Assembly (NCBI GenBank): GCA_028691615.1
Contig: JAQUYX010000001.1
Span: 491 to 64,490 of the forward strand
Direction of reading: 5' to 3'
Origin: Victivallaceae bacterium
Lineage (GTDB): Bacteria; Verrucomicrobiota; Lentisphaeria; Victivallales; Victivallaceae
Length of the DNA: 64,000 nucleotides
Part shown: positions 38,803 to 46,534 of the stretch, piece by piece
How positions within the stretch are numbered: the stretch's first letter is position 1
How the letters are laid out: every line of letters starts with the position of its first letter
Program-made: the position numbers and the translations under genes
Notes under the pieces: generated by a model
Databases searched by the model: none
What the model saw: only the letters and a program-made list of their open reading frames with translations
What the model was told of the DNA's origin: nothing

Positions 38803-40275
38803 TTGATGCAATTTCATAAAAAACTCCTGCTGCTGGCCGGGGCTTTGCTGTTGCTTCGCGCGGTCTTTCTGGTCCTGCTTCCGCTTTCGGACCCTTCCGA
38901 AGCACGTTACAGCTTGATCATCAAACTGATGGCGGAGAGTAAGAACTATCTGGAACCCCAGTTGATCATGGGGGGGGAGCAAGTACCGTTTGCGGGAAAG
39001 CCGCCGCTCTATTTTCAGGCGGGGGGCGTCGCGTCGGAACTCTTCGGCGTGACGCTGTTCGCAGCGCGGCTGCCGGCATTTCTGGCGGCGGTGCTGCTGT
39101 TGGCAATGGTCTACTTGGGATTGCGGAAAATCAGCGATCCGGTCAGTGCGGCGGCGGCGGTGCTGCTGACCATTTCCGGCGGTTTTTTCTTTCTGCTGGC
39201 GGGAGTGGTCATGACCGATATGCTTCTGGCGCTGGCAGTGACGGCGGGAATTTTCTTTTACATGCTCTTTTCCGCCGAGACGGAGAAGCTGTGGAAAAAA
39301 GCGTACAGCATCGGCTTTTTTGCTTCGTTGGGAGTCGGGATGCTGGTCAAGGGACCGGTGGCGTTGGTGATGGCGGGGCTGCCGGTCTTTTTCTTTGTGG
39401 CGCTGAACAAACGCTGGGGAGAATTGCGAAACCATGCATGGATCGTCGGAAGCGCGGTTTTTTTGCTGATCGCGGCGCCGTGGTTTGTGCTCATGGCACA
39501 AAAAGATCCGGGATTTCTGGAGTATTTCTTCCTCAACGAAAATTTCAAACGGTTTCTCTTCAAAGAGTATGGCGACCGCTACGGGGCCGGCCGGGAAACC
39601 TTCCGGGGCATGGCGCTGGTCTGGTTTGTGGTGGCAAACCTCCCCGCATTGGTTCTGTTGATGCCCGCGTTGCGCAACCGCTGGCGAACGGCGTTCGGCC
39701 GCGATACCTGGCGGAATCCGGCGACAGCGCTGCCGCTGCTCGGGTGTCTTTGCATCACCGGGTTCTGGTGTCTGACCAGCCGGGTGCTGGTGACCTATCT
39801 TCTGCCGACGGCGCCGCTGGCGGCAAGCTGGATTGCCTTGCAGCTGAAAAATCGCGGATTCTGGGAGGAAAAGCAGTTTCAGACGCTGCTGGTGCGAGCC
39901 GGAGCAATGATCACAGTGCTGCTTGGAATTTCGCTCACCACGGTCATGCTGCTCGGACCGCAGATCAGCGACAAAATGCCGGAAAAATTTTACCGGGAGC
40001 TGCTCTTGCGTGCCGACGCGACGGCTGAGCTGCGGGAAAAATCGTTTTATTTTGCGGAGGACGTGCCGTTTTCCGCACGAGTGTACCTTCCGGCGCAGAA
40101 AATCCGCAAACATCCGGATGAATATTATGCCCTCAGCTGCCAGGAGAGCAAGAAGGACATTCTCTGCGTGCGGGATAAGGTGATCCGCAAAAACGGAGCG
40201 CCGCCGAAACGCCGGTTGCTCTTCCGAAGGGGCCGCTGGCAGGCATATGCGCCGGAGGAATCCAAGCAGCGCTGA
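38803..40275 (+). CDS. ArnT-like GT-C glycosyltransferase (GT83/PMT_2)
   Basis: ArnT-type motifs SEARYSLI (DExRYAE-like), GKPPLYF and GMLVKGP. ~12 TM segments. Confidence 0.8.
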   Translation: MMQFHKKLLLLAGALLLLRAVFLVLLPLSDPSEARYSLIIKLMAESKNYLEPQLIMGGEQVPFAGKPPLYFQAGGVASELFGVTLFAARLPAFLAAVLLLAMVYLGLRKISDPVSAAAAVLLTISGGFFFLLAGVVMTDMLLALAVTAGIFFYMLFSAETEKLWKKAYSIGFFASLGVGMLVKGPVALVMAGLPVFFFVALNKRWGELRNHAWIVGSAVFLLIAAPWFVLMAQKDPGFLEYFFLNENFKRFLFKEYGDRYGAGRETFRGMALVWFVVANLPALVLLMPALRNRWRTAFGRDTWRNPATALPLLGCLCITGFWCLTSRVLVTYLLPTAPLAASWIALQLKNRGFWEEKQFQTLLVRAGAMITVLLGISLTTVMLLGPQISDKMPEKFYRELLLRADATAELREKSFYFAEDVPFSARVYLPAQKIRKHPDEYYALSCQESKKDILCVRDKVIRKNGAPPKRRLLFRRGRWQAYAPEESKQR

Positions 40276-40332
40276 CCGAAATCTGGAAAAAGTCGCCGGA
40301 AAACACACGAAGAAGTGCCATCCGAAGCAAGA

Positions 40333-40417
40333 TGGTGCGCGAGAAGGGGGTCGAACCCTCACTCCGTAAGGAACCGGAACCTAAATCCGGCGCGTCTGCC
40401 AATTCCGCCACCCGCGC
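40333..40417 (-). tRNA. tRNA-Leu (TAG)
   Basis: 85 nt; long variable arm, anticodon loop TTTAGGT, encoded CCA. Folded by hand. Confidence 0.95.
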
Positions 40418-40534
40418 AAAAAGAAACTGTTTTCATAAAATACCGCATTCCGAATACTTTTTCAAGCGGGAAACACCACCGCATCTTGAAAAATCACCTC
40501 CGGCGGTGTAACTTGACCGGTGACATTGAAAAAA

Positions 40535-40586
40535 GACGGTGCGGACAAAAGTCCCGTCATCAGCAGTCGGAATGATCGAAACAATG
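40535..40586 (+). repeat. 5'-half fragment (E) of the 165-nt repeat family
   Basis: GACGGTGCGGACAAAAGTCCCGTC... matches the first ~50 nt of copies A and D2. The remainder has diverged. Confidence 0.5.
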
Positions 40587-40628
40587 CGACGTTCCGCCGA
40601 AGCGTTTTTACGATAGAGGAGCCTTCCG

Positions 40629-41924
40629 GTGATTGACAACGAGCGAGAGAACAGTAAAAAATTAGAACGGGCGTATCTAATCGGATTCCGCAGCCAATTG
40701 GAGTCGGAAACCACCGTTGAAGAGCACCTGGACGAATTGAGCGAACTGGTTCGTTCGCTCGAGTTGGACGTCTGCGGCCGCAGCACAGCGACCGTTCGAT
40801 TGCCCAGCCCCGCGCTCTACATCGGCAGCGGCAAGGCCGACCAGATCATCGCGGCGGCCAAAGAGGCACAGGCCAGTTGTCTGGTCTTCGACAGCCCGCT
40901 CTCGCCCTCACAGCAACGCAATTGGGAGCACCGCAGCAAACTCACGGTAATCGACCGCGAGGAAATCATCCTCGATATTTTCGGGGAACGGGCCTCCACG
41001 CGGGAGGCAGTTCTCCAAGTCGAAGTGGCGCGCCTCCAATATTATCTGCCGCGCCTCACCCGCGCATGGAGCCACCTCTCCCGGCAGCACGGCGGCGTCA
41101 CCGGGGCGCGCGGACAGGGCGAAACCCAGATTGAAACCGACCGGCGAATTGTCAAACGGGAATTAACCGTGCTGCGCAAGGAATTGGCGGAAGTGCGTTC
41201 CCGTCGAAGTGTTCAGCGGCGGGAGCGGGAGCGCTCGGGGATTGTCTGCGGCGCGATTGTAGGATACACCAACGTCGGGAAATCCTCTCTGCTCAACGCG
41301 CTGGCGGAATCGAAAGAGGTTTACGTGGCCGACAAACTTTTTGCGACGCTGGACCCGACGACCCGGCGGATTACGCTGGGGGGACAGCAGGAGCTGTTGC
41401 TGACCGACACGGTTGGATTTGTGCGCAAACTGCCGCATTCGCTGGTGGAAGCGTTCAAATCGACGCTGGAAGAGGCGATCGAAAGCGATTTTCTCATGCT
41501 GGTGATCAATCTGGCCGAGCCCAATTTCGAGCAGCAGTGGGAGACCACGCTTTCGGTGCTGCGCGAACTGGGCGCGGAGGAGAAAAACATTCTGATGGTG
41601 TTCAACCAGATCGACCGAGTGCCGCCGGACGAGTTGCCGATGCGCATGATTCGAGCGCGCAGTCTCTTCCCGGACGCGGTTTATGTGTCTGCGAAAACCG
41701 CCGAAGGGCTTGATGCGCTGCGGTTGAAGCTCGCGCTTTACGCCGGGCGCAACCGGCAGGTGATAGAGATCAAGCTTCCGCCCGCGCGCGCCGATCTGGC
41801 CGCGTTCGCGCATGCCCGGACAACCGTGCTGGAAGAAAGTTGTGACGAGGAAGGCAATTTCAAAATGCGGCTTTCGGCGGACGAAGCAATTGTGCATAAA
41901 TTCAATCCTTTTCTCTGCAAATAA
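40629..41924 (+). CDS. hflX: GTPase HflX
   Basis: GYTNVGKSSLLNAL P-loop, DTVGF, N-terminal HflX domain. GTG start. Confidence 0.9.
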   Translation: MIDNERENSKKLERAYLIGFRSQLESETTVEEHLDELSELVRSLELDVCGRSTATVRLPSPALYIGSGKADQIIAAAKEAQASCLVFDSPLSPSQQRNWEHRSKLTVIDREEIILDIFGERASTREAVLQVEVARLQYYLPRLTRAWSHLSRQHGGVTGARGQGETQIETDRRIVKRELTVLRKELAEVRSRRSVQRRERERSGIVCGAIVGYTNVGKSSLLNALAESKEVYVADKLFATLDPTTRRITLGGQQELLLTDTVGFVRKLPHSLVEAFKSTLEEAIESDFLMLVINLAEPNFEQQWETTLSVLRELGAEEKNILMVFNQIDRVPPDELPMRMIRARSLFPDAVYVSAKTAEGLDALRLKLALYAGRNRQVIEIKLPPARADLAAFAHARTTVLEESCDEEGNFKMRLSADEAIVHKFNPFLCK

Positions 41925-41929
41925 TCAGG

Positions 41930-42445
41930 AACGGAACGACGAAAATGAAACATAGTCCCGACGATGGATTTCAGATGGATTCGGAAGTGGAACGGAGAAA
42001 CGATTGTGAGGGTGGCTACTCGGAGAGGAACCACCGAAAAAGCAGGCCTTCAAGCCTTTTCCGAGCCGCCGGAAGACGCGCCGCGAGTTTGGGCAATGCC
42101 GTCACTTCAGACGGCACTGTCAAAAGTCCCGACGATGGATTCCGGATGGATCGGGAATGGGATGAAGTTCCTGATTGTGAGGGTGGCTACTCGGAGAGTA
42201 ACCACCGAAAAAGCAGGTCTTCAGGCCTTTTCCGAGCCGCCGGAAGACGCGCCGCGAGTTTGGGCAATGCCGTCACTTCAGACGGCACTGTCAAAAGTCC
42301 CGACGATGGATTCCGGATGGATCGGGAATGGGATGAAGTTCCTGATTGTGAGGGTGGCTACTCGGAGAGTAACCACCGAAAAAGCAGGTCTTCAGGCCTT
42401 TTCCGAGCCGCCGGAAGACGCGCCGCGAGTTTGGGCAATGCCGTC
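41930..42445 (+). repeat. Tandem array of three copies (C1 degenerate at its 5' end; C2=42110..42274; C3=42281..42445) of the 165-nt repeat, period 171 nt
   Basis: C2 and C3 are identical. A 6-nt ACTTCA spacer between copies creates CAATGCCGTC-ACTTCA-GACGGCACTG junction hairpins. Confidence 0.9.
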
Positions 42446-42454
42446 ACTTCACTT

Positions 42455-45400
42455 TTGATCCTTCTACTGCTCCTCGGAGGGCCATCGCTAACCTCCGCCG
42501 AAAATTTTTCGCCTTGGGACGCATGGCGGCAGGGGTATGTCCTGACCGAAAAAGGGCGTACTGCATTCGACAAAGGAGATTACAAAACCGCCCGGGAAAA
42601 TTTCCGGCAGGCGCGGGAGTGCTACACCCAGATCAAGACCGAACGCCCCGATTGGAACCACAAGATCATCGATACGCGAATCTCGATCTGCGATCAGGAA
42701 TTGGCCAAAGTCTCCGGGAAAATCGGGACGGGGGAACCCTCGCCCAAACCAGCCGGAGTCGCCGCGCCAACCAAGCCGTCCGGCAGCGAAGATTTTGATT
42801 CCGACGCATCCGGCGACCTCTATCGACTGCGCAACGAACTGGCCGCGACACGCCGCAAACTGGTCGCCGATTCGGTCGAAATCGAGGAGCTGCGCAAACA
42901 GCTGCGCAACACCAAGGCGACTTCGGCGGAGATGGAAAATCTGCTGCGCGAAAAACTCCTTCTTCAGGAAAAATACGAGCTGCTCGACCGCCGTTTCCGC
43001 GAATTGGAGAAACAGTCCGCCAGTCCCAAGGGAGAATTGCAGCAGGCGCAACGCCAGCTCGACGAGGAGAAGTTGCACTCTTCCGCCGCACGCCGCCAAG
43101 TGCAGGAAGTCCAGCAGCGCCTCGATAAACTCACCGAGGAAAACGCCTCGCTCTACCGGATGCGCAATCAATTGCGCAGCGAGCTGGAAAAAAGCGAAAA
43201 AGAACGCAACGATTTGAAGACTTTGCGCACCAGCGCGGAAAATCTGCGCCGTTCCTTCGACATCGAACTGGCGCGGCTGCGCGACGAAGTGTCCAGTTTG
43301 AAGCGGCTGCAGGATTCTGCGGAAAAAACCGCCTCGACCTTGCGCGAAGAGAACACCAAACTTTACCGTTGGCTCGAAGAGGCCCGCAAGGGCGGCGAAT
43401 CCAGCAGCAAACTCAACACCGAGGCCACCGCGGAAAATAAGCGCCTCCTCGGGGAGCTCGCGCGGCTCACCGCCGAAGTGGAAAAATCCGCCAACGCCAA
43501 AGCCGACGCCATCGCAGAACTCAAACGCCTGCGCGATGAAAACGAATCCTTTCGCTCTTCCACCGCCAGACTTGACGCACGAAACCGCGAATTGGGATCG
43601 GCCGTCCAGCGCCAGACGGAGTTGTTCGACCGGCTGCGTCAGGACGCGCTCAACACCGAGGCCGAACGCAAGAAATTGAGCAATCAACTTGCCGAACGCG
43701 AACGCGAACTCAAGGATTGGATCGACCGCTGCGAGACGCTTAAGAAGCGTCAGCAGACCAGCAGTGAAGCCGAACTTGCCGGAATTTCCGCGGCAAACGA
43801 GGCGCGCCGCCGCCTCGAGCAGGAAGTCTCCGAACTGAAAATCTCGCTCCGGGAAGCACAGATTCGCCACAATCTCTCCACCGACCGGGTGGCCGTGCTG
43901 GAGGCGCAGGAGAAGGAAACCGCAAGTCGGCTGCGAGCGCTTCAGACCACGCAAAAAACGCAGGAGGAAGAGCTCAAACGCCTTCGCCCCGTCCGCAACC
44001 GCGTCCTCGCATTGGAGACAGAAAAGTCCGCGCTGGAACGCAACATCGCCGCATTGAAGAAGGACGCGGCAACAGCCGCCGTAACCGAAAGCGAGCGCAA
44101 TCACCTGCGCGCCGAAAATATCAAGCTTACCGAAGCGAACGCACAGTTGCAGCCCTTGCAGCAAAAAATAGTTGCGGCAGACCGCCTCAACCAGCAGTTG
44201 AGCAACCGGGTCGTTGCACTGGAAAACAAGCACCACCTTGCCACGCAGGAAGCCGTCCGCTTGACGAAAACACTTGCAGAGACCACCAAAGAACTGAATC
44301 TGCAATCCTCCCGTTACAGCGCCGCGATCGCCGACGCCAGAGTGCTGTCGGACAAAGCCCTTGCCAACAGTAAGGCCATGTTGACCGAAGCCACCGAAAA
44401 TTACAACGCACTCCTTCCCAAATACACCGCCGCGACGCAGGAACTTCGCGCCCAATCCGCAGAACTGAAAACCCTCCGGGAGAACGCGGCTCGCGAGAAG
44501 GAGACCATCGCACAAAACACCCGTCTGCGCGAGGAACTTGCCACCCTCTCTCGCCTCCGCGCCGCCGAAAAAGCAGCAGCAGCAGCCGCATCGGAGGCGT
44601 TGAGCAAACAACTTGCCGGGGAGAAGACACTGGCAAACGCCATCGCCGCCCGTCTCAAAGAGGCGGAAAAAGCGCAGAGTTTATTCCGACAGGACTCCCG
44701 CGCACGCCTGGAGAGCGCAACTCAGGCGCGCGCCGCCGCCGAAGCAGCCACTCGCAAGGCGGAGGAACGCATTGCCCTGCTTGAACAGGAGGCGCAGGCC
44801 AATCTCCGGCGCGAGCAGGAATTGACCCGGCAGCTTTCGGAGGAACGCATTCTTCTGGCCAAGGCGCAATCCGCCGCCGCAGCCGAGGATTCCGGCAAGC
44901 GCAATGCCACCGAACGCGAAAAAGCATTCACCGATCGCATCGCACAACTTCAAAAAACCGTCAGCGAAGGAGAACTGCGCGCAAAGGAGCTTTCCACCCG
45001 CCTCGCTCAGGAGAAAGAACTCCGCCAAAAAGCGCAGGCCGCCGCCGCGCAGCACGCCGCGCAGATCGCCCAAAGCAATGCGCAAGCCGCGCAAATCCAG
45101 CGCAACCGCAACGCTTCTCTCGAAGAAGAACTCGCCGCCACCAAAAAAGCGCTCGCCGATGCGAATGCTGCGACCGCAAAGGCGCAAAGCCTCATCGATT
45201 CCGGCAATCACACCGCCAAGGCGAACCGCGATCAACTCGCTTCTCTGACGGGAGCGCTCACCGCAAAAAAACAATCCATCGACGCGCTGCAAAAAGAGAT
45301 CGCTTCGCTGCGCAATAAACTCGCACTCGTCTCGGCTCCGGTGAAAACCGCTCCCGCCCCTGCGCCCGTGGTCGTTCCGGTGCCGAAAAATACCCCCTCC

Positions 45401-46534
45401 GCCGCAGAAATCACCGCGCTCCGGCAGGAGTTGGCCGCCTCCATCGAGCGCGAAAAAGCATTGACGGCAAAACTTTCCGCCGCCGCCATCGTCCGTCCCG
45501 TCGTCCCGAAGAGCGCTCCCCTTCCGGCGCCTTCCATTTTGCCTGCCCCGTCGATTCCTCCGGCAGCGCAGGATGTCGATTTTTCCAGCTATCTGGCCGG
45601 CGGCAGGAAAGCACTTGCGGAAGGCAACGAGGATCTCGCCGTCTGGAATTTCCGGAAAACACTCGAAATCGATCCGGGCAATTTCGAGGCAAATTGTCTT
45701 TTGGGCAAACTCTACCTCGCACGCGACCAGTTTCCCGAAAGCGCGGCGGCATTGCAAAAAGCCTGCGTCGCCGCACCGGACAATCCGGAGAGCGCCGCGC
45801 TCTACGCCGAAGCACTGCTCGCACAAAACAAGCCGGGCAACGCCCTTGAAATTGTGGAAAAATTCGCCAAGACAAAAAATCCCGCCCCCGCGATTCTTTT
45901 GACTTACGGACGGGCGCTGACCGGCGCCGACCGCGGCGCCGACGCCGTGACGGTTCTGGAACAATTCACCGCAGCACAACAAAAATCCGCCCCCGGGGCC
46001 CTCGCGCTTGCGTCGGCGCTGGCCAAAGCCGGTCGCGACAAGGATGCCGCCGCCGCCTACCACCGGGCCAGAAAACTCGGCGCCGCCCCGGACGCCCGTC
46101 TGGAAGAGCTGACGAAAAAGTCCGGTCAGACGACCGCGGACGAACAAATGCTGCAATTCCTTCGGGAAACCGCCGCCGAAGCGGAAAAATCCGGCGATTA
46201 CGCCTCCGCTCTCTGGTATCAGCTGGAGATCGGCAAATATCGCGGCAGTCCGGAGAATAAACGCAGCATCGGCGCATTGATGGCGCTCTCCGGCGACGGT
46301 GACGGCGCCTTCGCATTGGCCAAGACGCTTCCCGCAGGTACAGATCGGGAGGTGATCTCCGGCATGGGCGCATTTGCCAAGGGCGATTTCGAGGCGGCGC
46401 AAAACCATATGCGCAAGGCCGCCTCCGGGCGCATTGATCCGGCCGTGCTCGCCCGGCTCGCAAAACAGATCTCCGGCAAACAGGACGATCGTGCCGCACA
46501 AGCAATCGCCGCCGCTCGAAAGCTGCTGAAATGA
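42455..46534 (+). CDS. Giant coiled-coil protein with an N-terminal hydrophobic signal/anchor, an N-terminal TPR-like module and a C-terminal TPR domain. Start uncertain; alternatives are the ATG at 41945 or ATGs inside the repeats.
   Basis: ~1000 aa of uninterrupted A/E/L/K/R/Q-rich heptad-like sequence. LLILLLLLGGPSLTSA hydrophobic segment, Pro-rich linkers, and TPR-like C-terminus (EIDPGNFEANCLLGKLYL...). The first in-frame ATG downstream of the repeats is ~330 codons in, so I propose the TTG at 42455. Confidence 0.7.
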   Translation: MILLLLLGGPSLTSAENFSPWDAWRQGYVLTEKGRTAFDKGDYKTARENFRQARECYTQIKTERPDWNHKIIDTRISICDQELAKVSGKIGTGEPSPKPAGVAAPTKPSGSEDFDSDASGDLYRLRNELAATRRKLVADSVEIEELRKQLRNTKATSAEMENLLREKLLLQEKYELLDRRFRELEKQSASPKGELQQAQRQLDEEKLHSSAARRQVQEVQQRLDKLTEENASLYRMRNQLRSELEKSEKERNDLKTLRTSAENLRRSFDIELARLRDEVSSLKRLQDSAEKTASTLREENTKLYRWLEEARKGGESSSKLNTEATAENKRLLGELARLTAEVEKSANAKADAIAELKRLRDENESFRSSTARLDARNRELGSAVQRQTELFDRLRQDALNTEAERKKLSNQLAERERELKDWIDRCETLKKRQQTSSEAELAGISAANEARRRLEQEVSELKISLREAQIRHNLSTDRVAVLEAQEKETASRLRALQTTQKTQEEELKRLRPVRNRVLALETEKSALERNIAALKKDAATAAVTESERNHLRAENIKLTEANAQLQPLQQKIVAADRLNQQLSNRVVALENKHHLATQEAVRLTKTLAETTKELNLQSSRYSAAIADARVLSDKALANSKAMLTEATENYNALLPKYTAATQELRAQSAELKTLRENAAREKETIAQNTRLREELATLSRLRAAEKAAAAAASEALSKQLAGEKTLANAIAARLKEAEKAQSLFRQDSRARLESATQARAAAEAATRKAEERIALLEQEAQANLRREQELTRQLSEERILLAKAQSAAAAEDSGKRNATEREKAFTDRIAQLQKTVSEGELRAKELSTRLAQEKELRQKAQAAAAQHAAQIAQSNAQAAQIQRNRNASLEEELAATKKALADANAATAKAQSLIDSGNHTAKANRDQLASLTGALTAKKQSIDALQKEIASLRNKLALVSAPVKTAPAPAPVVVPVPKNTPSAAEITALRQELAASIEREKALTAKLSAAAIVRPVVPKSAPLPAPSILPAPSIPPAAQDVDFSSYLAGGRKALAEGNEDLAVWNFRKTLEIDPGNFEANCLLGKLYLARDQFPESAAALQKACVAAPDNPESAALYAEALLAQNKPGNALEIVEKFAKTKNPAPAILLTYGRALTGADRGADAVTVLEQFTAAQQKSAPGALALASALAKAGRDKDAAAAYHRARKLGAAPDARLEELTKKSGQTTADEQMLQFLRETAAEAEKSGDYASALWYQLEIGKYRGSPENKRSIGALMALSGDGDGAFALAKTLPAGTDREVISGMGAFAKGDFEAAQNHMRKAASGRIDPAVLARLAKQISGKQDDRAAQAIAAARKLLK

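Noticed and set aside
41930-42445. Tandem 171-nt repeats considered as a CRISPR array
   Set aside because: The units are 165 nt with a fixed 6-nt spacer. There are no unique spacers and no cas genes, and the same unit occurs singly elsewhere.
41964-42458. 164-aa ORF translating the tandem repeat array. Related repeat-derived ORFs occur at 53652..54083, 53683..53868 and the N-terminus of 25725..26453 (recurrent peptide VATRRVTTEKPPFQAFFEPPE).
   Set aside because: The shared peptide comes from one nucleotide repeat that carries frame-shifting indels between copies and is open in more than one frame. Conservation follows base pairing, not codons.
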